Positions 47,234 through 60,925 are shown, counted from the whole stretch's first letter. The stretch: 63,493 nt of DNA, filler included, from Octopus bimaculoides (GCF_001194135.2; 6 parts of 6 records of this genome joined end to end with filler, not necessarily neighbours in it), one strand, 5' to 3'. Notes: generated by a model not told the origin, from the letters alone. A program made the numbers and translations.

Positions 47234-47681
47234 TAATATATATATTTGATACTTTTTATATATAGTTTTATATACTATTATTTATGTTTTCCTTGCGTCA
47301 TAAAGCAAGAGATAATTGCCTGGAGAACTGAATCCTTTGGTTTGACAGCTGGAGCAATTTCATCTTGCTTATTTAATTGGCGTAACTTAGGAACTATACG
47401 AAAATCATTCATTTTCATTTCCACTCATTTATAGATATAACGGGAAGCAATAAAGTCTATACTAACATAATTAATGTAATATGTCGAGAAATTTTTCATA
47501 AATAAAAATGATACATGACAAATGAGAAAATATCATTATCTTATTGATTAATTGTGGTGAAGAAAGAAAGGAGACGCAACCCGAATTTTAAACCGTTTAA
47601 AATAATTAAAAATAGAATTCAGTGCAAAGGGAATGTAATCTTTGGTTGGGCAGAGGTAACTCACATGTCTCGGTATAATTA

Positions 47682-48389
47682 CGATCAAAAATTATACGCA
47701 CTCTTGTTTTTTCAATGTATTTACACAAAAGCAGGGGATAAATAAGAACGTCATCTTTCTGTATAGTCTCCTTCTTTTTGGATGCACTTGGTCCAGCGGT
47801 CCTCAAGCTTGCGTATTCCCTCCAAGAAGAAGGTTTTCGGTTGGTCGTGCAACCATTTATGCACCGCTTCCTTCACATCTTCATCCGTAGGAAATCGACG
47901 ACCTCGCAAACCATCTTTGAGCGGCCCCAATAAAATGATAGTCGGAAGAGGCGAGATCTGGGCTGTAGGCAGGGTATTCTAGCACCTCAAAACCCAATCG
48001 GTTAATGGTTTCAACGGTCTGGGCGGCCGTGTGTCAGCGTGCATTGTCATGCAACAACAAGACTTTCTTCGACAATAGTCTTCGGCGTTTGGTACGAATT
48101 GCTGGCTTCAGTTTGTTGGCCAGCAAAGCACTGTATCTTGCACTGTTGATTGTTCACCTCTTTTCCAGAGAAATCGGGTCACCGCTCTTTGTTTTTATTT
48201 GGTACACATTGCAAGTGGAGCGGCCATGCATACACTGTAAAGCCAGAAAGAGAAATGGCGTGATCAGGCTCAAACTTCGATCAAGTGAGCACAATAGTAC
48301 CAACTATAACCAGGCATGCGCAGAAGGCAGTGTGACAATAATAAAGATATGTTATGGCGAAAATACAAATAATTTTTGACTTCCCCTCG
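47682..48389 (-). mobile_element. Internally deleted mariner
   Basis: TIR TA|CGAGGGGAAGTCAAAAATTAT at 48389 with a degenerate partner at 47682; VLLLHDNA, YPAYSPDLASSDYH, LRGRRFPTDEDVKEAVHKWL. Confidence 0.88.
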
Positions 48390-48434
48390 TAAATTTCCTA
48401 ACGCCAATTACTGTCAGACTACTGCTGATATATA

Positions 48435-48945
48435 CTAGGTTGAGGAAAAAGTTCGTGCGCCGTGTTGAAATAATGATTTTTTTATGCAAGAATTTATTCA
48501 AAAACAACTATTCTTCAAAATAAAGACCATCGTTTTCAACGACATTCTGCCAACGATCTGCAAGCTTTCGGATTTGGTCAAAGGACCAATCCTTCCGTTT
48601 TGAATCGAAAAATTCTTGGCAGGCGTCTTCAACTTCATCGAATGTCTCAAATCGCGACCTTTCATAAAGTGCTGCATTGGTCGGAAGAAACCGTAGTCAA
48701 ATGGTGCAACGTCTGGACTATAGGCTGGATGCGGCAGAACTTCCACACGGTCCAATTCTTCAATCTTGTTACTGGTCTTTCTGGCGGTATGCGGCATTGT
48801 ATTGTCTTGATGAGACAAATCACGTTTTCGACGAACACAGTGAATCACCATTGAACATGACATGAACTGAATGAACACACACCACAAAAATATATTTAAA
48901 AAAGCATTATTTTAACACGGCGCACGAACTTTTTTCTCAACCTAA
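48435..48945 (-). mobile_element. Internally deleted mariner with intact TIRs
   Basis: TA|CTAGGTTGAGGAAAAAGTTCGTGCGCCGTGTT ... AACACGGCGCACGAACTTTTTTCTCAACCTAA|TA; HQDNTMPH...HPAYSPDVAPFDY. Confidence 0.9.
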
Positions 48946-49086
48946 TATTACTTTTTACTTGTTTCAGTCATTTGACTGCAATCAGAGTTGAGTACTGCTT
49001 TGAAGGGTTTTAGTGGAACGAATTAATTCCAGCACTTATTTTCAAGCCTAGTACTTATGCTATCGGCACCGGTTGTCAAGCTGTGG

Positions 49087-49127
<41 letters not shown>

Positions 49128-49537
49128 TACATGTATAGTTACACAATCGCACAGATTCATACACGCACGCGCTCACATACACACAGTTTTACAATCTGAA
49201 AGACCCGTAACAAATTAAGATACCATTATTCAACATTTCATATATTCAGTTAGTTTACGAAAACCATGATAATAAAGAAACACGATGCATCTATTTATTT
49301 TAGTTTTTTTATCTATTTATTTCTTTAAGTCTTTTGACTGTAGTCATGCTGGAGCATCGCCTTGAAGATTTCTAGGCAAACGAATTGACCTAGTACTTAT
49401 TTTGTTAAACCTGGTACTTACGCTATTGATCTCTTGTGCGGAACCACTATGTTACGGGCACATAAGCACACCAACACCGGTTGTCAAGCGTTGGTGGGAC
49501 AAAATACAGACACGAACACACACAACATAGGTACTTA

Positions 49538-50394
49538 CAATGTTTGCTCAATAAGTATCAGGACTGTTGCCATAGTAACGAAGCTAAAGCAAGAAGAGTG
49601 AAGCCGCTTGGCACAGATTGACCTTGAACACTGCTGTGCATGCGCATTAAGTTTGAACGTTCTAGTTTACTTCCCCAGTTTACAGCAGTGCTTGGAAGGA
49701 AGGTGTGTAGCGTGTGATCGTTGCATTGGCCATGACAGAGAAAATCGAGCAGAGAATCTATATCAAATTTTGTCAAAAGCTTGGAGATACCTGCTCAGAG
49801 ACTTACGCAAAGTTTTCAAAATGCTTTTATCGTTCTCGACACAATCCAGAAGATCTTGTGCAACTGAAACCCGAGTGTCTTTTTGGTCAACTGAAAGTAG
49901 TTTTGGCACAAACTTAGCAGACACGCGTCTCATACACAAATCTTCACTGATAATAGTCTGAACTGAACCGTAACTAATCTGCACATCCTTTGATAACTCA
50001 CGGATGGTGATTCGATGATTTCTCCTTACAGCTGCACTCACATCTGCGATGTCTTTCTCAGTTCTGTTGGTTGCGGGTCTCCCAGAACGTTTGTCAATAA
50101 GGACATTTTTTTCAGCCATCTTGGAAACGTCTGAACCACTCGTACACTTGTGTACAGCTCATACACTCCTCTTTCTGCAACTTTGCGTCGGCCTCTGAGC
50201 AGGTATCGCCATGACAACATTGTCATGGTCAATGTGACGATCACACGCATTGCTGTAAACAGCGGAAGTGAGCTAGAATGTTAAAACTTGATACGCATGC
50301 ACAGCAGAGGCCAAGGTCAATCGTTGCCAAGCGGCTTCACTCTGTGTGCTTCGTTACTATAGAAACTGTCTGGATATTTATTGATCATACCTCG
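49538..50394. mobile_element. Foldback mariner derivative made of two inverted 5' ends
   Basis: The left arm encodes MTEKIEQRIYIKFCQKLGDTCSETYAK (+). The right arm encodes RSGRP...ITIRELS...MRRVSAKFVPKLL (-). Both arms share TIR and 5'UTR; TA flanks. Confidence 0.82.
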
Positions 50395-50399
50395 TATAT

Positions 50400-50540
50400 A
50401 CGACAAGCTTCCTTCAGTTTCCGTCTACTAAATCCACTCACAAGACTTTGGTTGGCCCAGGGTGTCATGCAGTGGGACTGAACACGGAATTATGAGGTTG
50501 GGAAGCAAAGTTCTTACTACACAGCCACGCCCGCACCTAT
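50400..50540 (-). mobile_element. SINE family 3
   Basis: Match to the 63295 copy. Confidence 0.75.
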
Positions 50541-50751
50541 TTATTTATTTATTTATTATTTATATATTTTTACTTTACTGAATCCCAACTCCTCAAGATA
50601 TTAGGAAGCTGGCTTTCCACTAAAGATTCTATGCATCGTATCCTGTTTCTGATACTGAGGGGGAAAAAACCCACAAATTTTAGTCCATCTTGTTATCACT
50701 AGTCCTTGTGTAGTTGACATGTGTTTTAGTAACATTTATACCCTATGATGT

Positions 50752-51101
50752 GGAGGCGCAATAGCCCAGTGGTTAGGGCAGCGGACTCGCGGTCATAGGA
50801 TCGCGGTTTCGATTCCCAGACCGGGCGTTGTGAGTGTTTATTGAGCGAAAACACCTAAAGCTCCACGAGGCTCCGGCGGGGGATGGTGGCGAACCCTGCT
50901 GTACTCTTCCACCACAACTTTCTCTCACTCTTACTTCCTGTTGTGCCTGTAATTCAAAGGGTCAGCCTTATAACACTGTGTCACGCTGAATCTCCCCGAG
51001 AACTACGTTAAGGGTACAGGTGTCTGTGGATTGCTCAGCCACTTGCACGTTAATTTCACGAGCAGGCTGTTCCGTTGATTGGATCAACTGGAACCCTCGA
51101 C
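50752..51101 (+). mobile_element. SINE family 1, 3' end in a gap
   Basis: Near-identical to the 1729-2105 copy. Confidence 0.9.
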
Positions 51102-51634
51102 NNNNNNNNNNNNNNNNNNNNNNNNNNNNNNNNNNNNNNNNNNNNNNNNNNNNNNNNNNNNNNNNNNNNNNNNNNNNNNNNNNNNNNNNNNNNNNNNNNN
51201 NNNNNNNNNNNNNNNNNNNNNNNNNNNNNNNNNNNNNNNNNNNNNNNNNNNNNNNNNNNNNNNNNNNNNNNNNNNNNNNNNNNNNNNNNNNNNNNNNNNN
51301 NNNNNNNNNNNNNNNNNNNNNNNNNNNNNNNNNNNNNNNNNNNNNNNNNNNNNNNNNNNNNNNNNNNNNNNNNNNNNNNNNNNNNNNNNNNNNNNNNNNN
51401 NNNNNNNNNNNNNNNNNNNNNNNNNNNNNNNNNNNNNNNNNNNNNNNNNNNNNNNNNNNNNNNNNNNNNNNNNNNNNNNNNNNNNNNNNNNNNNNNNNNN
51501 NNNNNNNNNNNNNNNNNNNNNNNNNNNNNNNNNNNNNNNNNNNNNNNNNNNNNNNNNNNNNNNNNNNNNNNNNNNNNNNNNNNNNNNNNNNNNNNNNNNN
51601 NNNNNNNNNNNNNNNNNNNNNNNNNNNNNNNNNN

Positions 51635-51690
<56 letters not shown>

Positions 51691-51694
51691 GTGT

Positions 51695-51850
51695 ACGACG
51701 GGCTTTTCACAGTTTCTGTCTACTAAATTCACTCACAAGGCATTTATGGCCCGGGGTTATATTATAAGACACATTCTCAAAGTGCCGCGCAGTGACACTA
51801 AACTCGAAACCACATGGCTGCAAAGTGACCTTCATAACCACACAACCATG
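51695..51850 (-). mobile_element. SINE family 3
   Basis: Diverged match. Confidence 0.7.
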
Positions 51851-51907
51851 TTAAATTATTTTACTAATTTATTGAATTACTCCACAATAGTGAGAAAGGC
51901 GAAAAGA

Positions 51908-52120
51908 CGGCGAGCTGTCAGAATCGTCAGCACAGCGGGCAAAATACTTATCGGCATTTCGTCTGTCTTTACGTTCTGAGTTCAAATTCTACCGAAATCG
52001 ACTTTGCTTTTCATCCTTTCGGAGTCTATAAAATAACTACCAGTTGAGTACTGGGGTCGATATAATCGACTTTATCCCTCCCCCGAACTTGCTGGCCTAG
52101 TGCCAAGTTTGGAAACCAAC
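51908..52120 (+). mobile_element. SINE family 2
   Basis: Consensus match. Confidence 0.82.
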
Positions 52121-53369
52121 GTTGAAAAACACGGAACCCTCTTCCATTATTTTGGAACTGATAAGGAACATTCGTTTGTTTTAAAAAAATTGAGTGTACG
52201 GTAAAATATATATTTGTTCAGCATTTACTTGTATGTATGTAATTTGTTTTGGAGAGTTTAATGGTCTAGTATATAGAACCTAGTTTACGATACACATTAT
52301 TTGAATATTTTACATTCTTATTTTGTCTGATCTGCAACTACTTCTGTTTCGGAAGAAAGCAAACACCTTGATTGTCTATAGATCTGCTTACTTTACTAAA
52401 TAAATCTACCGGTGTGTCAACGATATATGTAAATCTGTCTAAATTCACATTCTATAGTTCCATGGAAATAACCACATTGAAATACATTCCATCATATCTG
52501 CAATTTTTCTTTTCGTTTAAAACAATTTGAATTATTATTTCCAGTATGAATTATATTTGGCTTTTTGGTATTGCTAATAATACTTCCTCTTAATGTCGAG
52601 GGTTTATAAAAGTAATATCTTTTAAAATAAAATAAAATAAAATAAAATTGTACAATGTTTTAATAAGATAAAATTACTTTTGTCTGTGCCATTCTCATCG
52701 TTAAACCAGGCGTTACTGGCTTGTTTCTCTACTATTACATCGTTATTCTATAAAAACACTCGTGAATGTAAATTAAATTTATTATATTAGCTCGGATGAG
52801 AAAGCGTACCTGAGATTTATCCCATATTAATGGGAAAATATGTGTTGAGCGAAAACTATATAACTATTTTGATCTGTTTAGTGCAGTCTCTGTCTTGTGT
52901 TCTCTCGTCTTTATAGGGCAATGGGAAAACTTAGTTACAGAGTAATTTTTGCAACTACTATACAGGTGTTTTCATATTAAATGAGATCCGTTTTAGCCTG
53001 ACTGATATCTTGTGCTGCCTCGTCTTACTATAGCTACGAAACGCTATTCTGTGCAGAAAATAAACCATTCAGTTAGGAGCCAAGTTGAGTAACCTTTTTA
53101 ATATGTGAGCCAAATTGCAAACATGTAGAAGCGCATCTGTGTTACGAAAAGTAATGAATCTATATATTTCTACAAATCCATACGTTAGCAGCTCACGTTA
53201 AATTACTATTTTGGACTTTATCGGGCTTAAACCTTTTTCTTTTTATCTTCATATGCAGTTTTAAAGATGTTGTCAAACATCAGTTTCAATTTTAAACGCG
53301 ATTCAAATTTCGCCCTAGGGTGAGAAGTTAGAGAAACAACCAGGAAAGGAGAGGTTGGTAAAGAAGCCG

Positions 53370-53720
53370 TACTTGCAATCTTCAATTCGGTGTTCGTATC
53401 TGTCCTCGCTTATGATCATGAATGTTCAGTAATGACCGAAAGAGCAACATCGCAAATACAAGCGATCGAAAATGGGTTCATTTAGAAGGATCTCTGGAGT
53501 AATGGTACTCGACAGGGTACGTAACTCGGAGATCAATGAATCTCTCTAGGGCAAGCTGCCACTTACCCCATTGAGAGGTTACAGCTCCAGAATTACAGAT
53601 ATGTGGTTAGAATGTTATAGAAAGAAACGCATGGCATATTCTTCAAGCCCAGCGGGTGACCTTGGGACAAAATGGTTGGATAATATCTATAGCCTAACTT
53701 GGTTACTTTTGGGAATCTAG
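53370..53720 (+). mobile_element. RTE-clade LINE 3' remnant
   Basis: LAIFNSVFVSVLAYDHECSVMTERATSQIQAIE...RRISGVMVLDRVRNSEINESL. Confidence 0.7.
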
Positions 53721-54899
53721 CCGGAAAATTTAATGACGGTTGTTTCTGATAGGGCCCTTTGGAGGATATGCTAAAGGACTCTACTCCCATGACCTTCCCA
53801 GGAATAATAGGAGGCGAAAATTTATGGATGGAAATTATCCAAAATTTTCTTCAGGGTAATCAAAAGAATTAGTTTAATTGATCTTTCCTTATTAGAAATG
53901 TCCGTTATTAAGTAATCATTCCCATTGACTTAAAGGAAAGGAATGATACCAGACGAGGTGAAATAGCTACGACTAAGATCGAACATAAACAAGTGACTTA
54001 GTGCATTGAAAGCGTACACTTTATAGTTCGGTGTCTGCCATACTTAAAAAAATGTTATGATGTTTAAATCGATGTGCCGAGTGAAAAACCGAGTTAAATT
54101 TAATTTTCAACCAGCTTTGATTCCAGTTCGAATGTTTCACAACACACAATGCTAATGTTGCTGGTAAAGGTATGACCGTCGCAACAACCATTTCTTCTCT
54201 TCCAAATTAAATATCTGACTTTATGTCTGCGTACAGAAATGATAAATAATCATTATTTTATTGTCTTTTTCGTGATATTATTTATATAAATCGACATCTA
54301 TGGGCATACCCGTGTGTGTGCACGTACGTGTATCTGTGTCGTACGCTTATCTGCTTTTAATTATATACCATAGATATGGCTTTGTGTGGATGTACGCATA
54401 TATTATCCTTGTGTTTATCTTATATATTAGTCACGAGTTATATATCCTATTACTGTGCATCCCAGAAAACATTTCCTCATCATCTAAATACAAAAATATC
54501 AGGAGTCTGCGTTTTGTTAACATGAGTTTCATTGTCAATTTTGATATTTCAAAAAGGACTACTGCTAGAAAGTTCGGTTTTTTTTTAATAAAGTAAAAAT
54601 AAGTGAGCAATGTAATTTTAAATCACAGTAAAATTAAGAAAAAGATAACATAAAAAGAGATTGTTGTTATTTTCGTTTTTCCAAATGAAGCAATTTATCA
54701 AATTATAGTGATACAAGTTGGGATAAACTAAGGGTTTTACGATAAACAAAATATGCTTAACGAACGCTGAAATGTAATAGGAATATGTTGTTGTATAGCT
54801 CAAATCAATCTTAATTGAACAGATTTGTGACACTGGGTAATCGGTGAATCGGTCCATAGCTCTAGATATCTTATGCCTATCTGGGGACCACATGTTAGA

Positions 54900-55450
54900 G
54901 GCAATAGTTAATTTGTATTGTGTGCATTAACAATGTGGATATATTGTATTTTCTCAAATCATTCTTGTCTGCTTCTTGTTGTGTAAGCGCAGGTCAGCTC
55001 TCATCAAGACCTTATCGTCAAAAGCATTCCAGTTGTGACTATCTAACTTGTTAATGGAACAGTTTATCTAGGGCTGTATTATTCAGAGTTTTTTCTTTTT
55101 AAAGACGGCAATATGTATGGTTTGAAGGAGATGCGGCGCCTGTTTCTAGCAGGTCGAGTGTCCTTTGTTATATGGTCACAGAGGAGGCAAGCGAGGCGAG
55201 CTTGGTTAAAATGCATTAGTTGCTGTTCCTCTACTAACATGCACTTCAGCAGAAGCTTTAGGACTAATGAAGTTATTGATACGGTGATAGTGTTATGCGT
55301 TTATGGTTTTTAAAAAAATTTTTTTCTGAACTGAGAGGGATGGAATAGTGATTTGAAAACTATTTTTGATTGATTGTACATATAATTGGAGATAGTGTGA
55401 ATACAGATATTGGGAATATTGTGAGTACTACAGCAACAAATTGTACTCCA
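54900..55450 (-). mobile_element. Decayed LINE RT C-terminal remnant (clade uncertain)
   Basis: Minus frame ...TSLVLKLLLKCML... loosely resembles CR1/L2 C-termini. Confidence 0.3.
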
Positions 55451-56350
55451 CGCATATTAAAAGTCTTGCAATTTTTCTATATTTCTTTCGACAGGGTGGT
55501 CAGCTGGGATATTTTTGGTCATAGTATGTAGAACCAGGACCAATTTGGGGTTAAAAGACAACAACAGAAGTACAAATAACTAATGTTAAAGAATGTCGTA
55601 CGTAGGAAATAAAGTCATTTGGAGAAATTAATGCTCAGTTTTTAGTTTAGTAATACAATTAAAATATGATTCGTAGCTTTAAATAATCTTAATTGAAAAA
55701 TTAAGTAAAACTAGTCACTACGATATTTTCAGCACGATTGAGCAAACGATGTGTTTTTCACTTGGATTTATTTAATATCTTCTTTGCAAAATTCAAGTCG
55801 CTCGCTTACAAAATAACCAGGCGTTTTTGTTTCATCAAGATAGTTTCTAGTATTTATGGGTATATGAATAAGCTACTGTGTACCAATGTGTAGGTGCATG
55901 AGTGGATATTCTTGTATCCATGTAATAGCTGTGAATCATTGCTCTTCATATATGTGTGTGTTTCATTGCTCTGATGTGTGTGTTTCATAGCTCTTTATGT
56001 ACGTGTGTGATTCATTCTCTTTATGCATGTTTGCATGCCATATGCACATGTAATTGTATGCATACGTTCAATTCAAGAAACAAAACCGGAAAATCTTTGG
56101 AACATTTTACTAATCTTCAGTGTACCATTCTTTCGTTTGAAGCAGGAAAGTTGTCAACTCGATCACATAGTCGATCATATGGGATCATGTTTGTTCGTTA
56201 ATTTCCGTAATCTTAAAAATTTCTTTATGGTTTGAAGAGAGTAGAAATTGAAAGAGAGCAGAAAGAGAAAAGACAACATTTGCTTTGAAGTGAGAGCAAA
56301 AAGTGAAAGAGAGGAGAAAGTGAAAGATGTATGTACGTGTATATGAAATG

Positions 56351-56413
<63 letters not shown>

Positions 56414-56513
56414 NNNNNNNNNNNNNNNNNNNNNNNNNNNNNNNNNNNNNNNNNNNNTTAATTAATTAANNNNNNNNNNNNNNNNNNNNNNNNNNNNNNN
56501 NNNNNNNNNNNNN

Positions 56514-56556
<43 letters not shown>

Positions 56557-56579
56557 CAGACTACTACTGAAAATTTCGT

Positions 56580-56810
56580 CTGTATGACTCTGGGTATATC
56601 ATTGGGTGAAACAGCAAGCTACCTGTTGTTCTTGGAGTTGACTTTCTGGTCTTGGCAGAAATTCTTCTTGTTGGAGAAGAACCACAGCATGTCTGGCCGC
56701 AGCAGGTGTTCCAACTTGTTGATCAACTTCTTGGTGTGCTTGAGTCACTTTTTCTGCATTGTATTAGGCAGAAATTGTCTCTTCCTCATCCTGGATGAAA
56801 AGTAACAAAT
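56580..56810 (-). mobile_element. maT/DD37D-like transposase central remnant
   Basis: KKLINKLEHLLRPDMLWFFSNKKNFCQDQKVNSKNNR*LAVSPNDIPRV (decayed FSDEK motif). Confidence 0.75.
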
Positions 56811-57339
56811 ATTCTCATCTACCTATTTATCTACATATTTACTCCTGAATTTTTAAATTTCTTAACTCTCATCACACATTTCATACAAATATCAAATTCT
56901 TAATTGATTCAAACAGTTCCTTTTAGAAGCCTTTACCTCAAATTTTTATTTCTTCATTTGTCACTCCTCAATTTGGTACCTGAACCCAATGCACATGATG
57001 CATAGTTTTCACATGTGATTTTTACATGTAAATTTGTTTTACTGATTTATAAATTTATATGTATATTTGTTTGGTTGTGTATTTAAAATTGTGCTGTGAA
57101 TTTCTATTGATTACCTGGATTTTTCCCCTCCTCTTCCTCCTTATCATCATCATCTTCATGATCATTATCAGTTTTGCACCTGGTTTTCCATGCTGGCATG
57201 AATTGGATGACTTCTTACTTCTGTACCAAATCTTATTTGGAATTATCCTTTTCATAGAATGGTTAGGAACTACATCTTATATAACCATTGCAATTTTGGC
57301 ATGGTTTCTATGGCTAGACTATTTCCTATTGCTAATTGT

Positions 57340-57850
57340 CACTGTTCAATCAAAAACTGCTTTACACAATGAAGTTGGGTGCATTTTATCATGGCACTAG
57401 CACTAGAGAGGTAACTTTGATTTTGACAAGACAAAAGAAGCCTCTTTACCTTATGTTATTTTCATTTATTTGTTCACCTGCAGCAGAAGACAGACAGTGT
57501 AGAGTGTTACAAAAGAATACAAGAATGATAGGTTGATAGGCGAAAAAACTAGTAGAGATTGGAGAAAGAACGTGATGGATGTTGACTATAAATGATAGAG
57601 ATAGGAATGGTTTGAGAATGTGCTGGGTAGCAACAAAGATGGGCAATGGTAAGAGAATAGGAATGATAGATGTCAATAGTAGGTAATGAGAGAGAAAGTG
57701 ATGGTGATTGCAAAATGGGGATTGAATACAGATAGATCTAATGTGACCTTGTTACACAAGCAGCATGATGGAAGAGAGATAGAATGGTAGTTTGGAAGCA
57801 TATTGATAGGAAAGACTATGAGTGATAGATGAGAACATAACAACTGGAGA
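57340..57850 (-). mobile_element. CR1/Jockey-like LINE 3' remnant
   Basis: Weak similarity of the minus frames to RT C-terminal SFF..T..LWNSLP regions. Confidence 0.35.
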
Positions 57851-58454
57851 AAGTATTATATATTCATATTTTTGTTTTCATTTGGTAAAACATTTTTTTA
57901 CTCACATACGTCACATACATGCACATATGCAAACTCTCTCTCTCTTTTCAAACACCTACAGGATTAAAGGCATATAAATAGCAGTTATTAATGTTTGGAT
58001 ATCTTGAAAAAGAAGATATTTGGAAATGAGATTATGAATAAATTTAGGAATATTTCAAAGTTTTGAAGTATCTAAAGTACACTTTTTTTCTGTTTCTTCA
58101 GTGGTAGTTTGAAAGATAGTAAGATTAGAAAGATAAATTGATAGAAATATAGATAGATAGATAGATAGATTGATAGATAGATAGATAGATAGTGCGAGAG
58201 AAAGAGAGAGAGGGGGGTGATAGAAAAAGGGGGGATTTAAACAAAGATGAGTGAGGAGCAGAGATAGAAGAAAGAATTGACTAAGAGGGAAAAACTGAAG
58301 AAAATAAAAGTCTATGCCTAAATCCATCATTAAGACAATATTTAGCTTACACACACACACACGCGCATGTGTATATACATAGATATTTGCAGAATAATAT
58401 ATAAATAATATGTACACACTGCAACTTGTTTTAATAAACCTCTAATATTGAGTT

Positions 58455-58690
58455 TATAAGTGTGTGTGTGTGTGTGTGTGTATCTGTGTGCATGTGGTAT
58501 GAGAGTGTGTGCATACATATTCATGTGTATGTGTGTCTATGTATATGTATATATAATTGTCTGTGAGTGTGTGTGTGTGTGTGTATCTGTGTGCATGTGG
58601 TATGAGCGTGTGTGCATACATATTCATGTGTATGTGTGTGTAAGTATATGTGCATATAATTGTCTGTGAGTGTGTGCGTGTGTGTGAGAA
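58455..58690. repeat. Tandem duplication of an approximately 110-nt TG-rich unit
   Basis: GTGTATCTGTGTGCATGTGGTATGAG.GTGTGTGCATACATATTCATGTGTATGTGTGT occurs twice. Confidence 0.8.
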
Positions 58691-59659
58691 CATATGACTT
58701 ATGTATATATGTCATGCTTAATGGCAGGTGAATTAGCTGATATTATTGTGAGGAATGTAACACAGGTTGATCGAAAGACCCAGTCTTTTATTGATGTGAC
58801 AGTGATTAACAACAATTTTTCACATTGACACAAATGATATAAATATTATAAGTGTTGGATATGTAGTCAATAAAATGAACTGCCATATATTATTTATTTT
58901 ATCAAACCAACAAGGTGGCCTCTACACAGTAACTTGATTTGCTAGAAATAACAACTAAATCTCTCTAAAATCACACACTATGATGACTAAAAAAAAGGGG
59001 ATATATTGGATAATGTAGACTTACAAAGTCTTTGATCACAGGCCTTCTCAACCAGAGCTGACCTGAGGCTAAACAACGTTAGTATTTATTTTATTGATTC
59101 CAGTGAGATAAAAGAAAAAGGCAGAACACTGTAAGGTTTGAATACAGAACAAAGAGTTTACATAATAAATTACTTTCTGCTAATTAACTGGAGAAGCACT
59201 AAGTTGCGTTGATTGAAATATATGTTTCTACAATTATACTTAACATTGTGTGTGCTCAAATGTATAAAGACTTTTGCTGCAGAAATTGTCAGAGAGAGAA
59301 GTTCTCCTCATACACAATGTGTACGAAAAACACTGCTGAGCTACAAATGACATCACCAGACTATAGGACATGTGTTACTGCATAATTATGTCTCATCAGC
59401 TACAGATACTGAATCCACTGCTCACATCCCTCTAAGAACTGCTTCTCTTATATGTAAATAGCAAATGTTAAATTTTCTGATGTGCACAAAGTTTTATCAA
59501 GCTGGAATTAATTAACAAGAGATACACTAAGCAGTAACAAGATGTGCACAACATTTCTGTGTAACTAGTTTGTGTTGTACACTCAAATGTAGACAAACCT
59601 TTGCTGTGGAAATTGCCTCAGGAAAGAAAAAGTCTTTAGTCTTCATTACCAAAGCAACA

Positions 59660-60240
59660 TGCACATGTAGATTGTTACTGTTACCTAGGTGACCTAATTA
59701 GCAGTAGAGGTGGATGCAGTCAAAGGATAGTTGCTAGAATAAGAACTGGTTGGCAGAACGTTCAGAGAACTATTACCTCAGTTAATAACAAAAGGTTTCT
59801 CTCTCAAAGTGAAAGGCAGATTGTACAATGTCTGTCTATGAACTGCAATGCTACATGGCTGTGAAAGTTGGGTTGTGAAAGCAGAAGACATGCAAAAACT
59901 TGAAAGAAATGAAAGTAGCTTGCTCCAATGGATGTGCAATGCCATTGTACATTGTGCATGTATAACTGAGTATAAATATGTTGGGTACAAGAAGCACTGG
60001 ATATGGTGTACTGGAGAGAAGACTGCTGGCATGGTCATGTGATGTGGATGGATGAGGACAGCTGTATGAAGAGTGCTGGTTGGTAAACACGAAAGGAACC
60101 TGTGGAATAGAGAAACTCAGGAAGATGTAGGATGAAGTGGTGAAGACTGACCTCAAGCTGTTGAACCTTTCGATGGAGATGACAGTATACTGAGATGAAT
60201 GGCAATATGTTGTGCTTCAGAAGACTCATCTATTTTAACA
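59660..60240 (+). mobile_element. RTE-clade LINE RT C-terminal remnant
   Basis: WQNVQRTITS/ELLPQLITKGFSLKVKGRLYNVCL, MLHGCESWVVKAEDMQKLERNESSLLQWMCN, WHGHVMWMDEDS. Confidence 0.82.
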
Positions 60241-60479
60241 AGCCTCCCTTCACAGTTCTTCTTCTAACACCCAATCGCCTATTAGTTCCCTGTGACACTC
60301 TATTTCTTTCCTTCACTTCTTTTGCCCTGAACTGATATACTCTGTGTTCTTCTCATTCCCCACTGCTAATCACCTGTCACACTATTTTCACTCTTGAGCA
60401 CTTACCTATGCCCACCTTTTCTATTCTTCTACGTGTGAAGTAGTGTACAAGACAAGACCCTTTCACAGAGATGTTGCAG

Positions 60480-60925
60480 TATCGAAGAAGGTAACATTAT
60501 AGAGGAGCTAAACGAGGAAAGAAGGATAGGGGAAGGTGTTATATTGTAGAAGAGATACATGGGTACTCTAGCAGGAAAGGAAGAAAGGATGGTGGAGATG
60601 AGGTATCACAGTCTACCCTCAAGGTACAAGAAAACAGATAGAGAGAATAAGAATGAAGACAGAAAACTATAGAGCGGTAAGGTGATGTGTGTGTGGGAGA
60701 GAGAGAGAGAGAAAATTTACAGTGACAGAAATAGGACATACATAAGAGTGAATATAGCGACAGCAAAGATGATAGGGTGTTCAGTTGAAAGGGGCATTTA
60801 GCAAACATATAGTGGTAAGGGATGCTGGAAGTGCAAGATGGGTGACAAGGGCAGTGGTAACAAAGAGAGGGATTACTGGTAGCACAAAATAGAGGAAGGA
60901 ATAATTGCAGTTCAACTCTCATATA
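60480..60925 (-). mobile_element. CR1/Jockey-like LINE 3' remnant
   Basis: Weak resemblance only (HPSCTSSIP..HY). Confidence 0.35.

Noticed and set aside
55495-55523. Plus-strand 29-nt micro-exon with good splice signals
   Set aside because: No partner exons or recognisable peptide; can arise by chance in AT-rich DNA.
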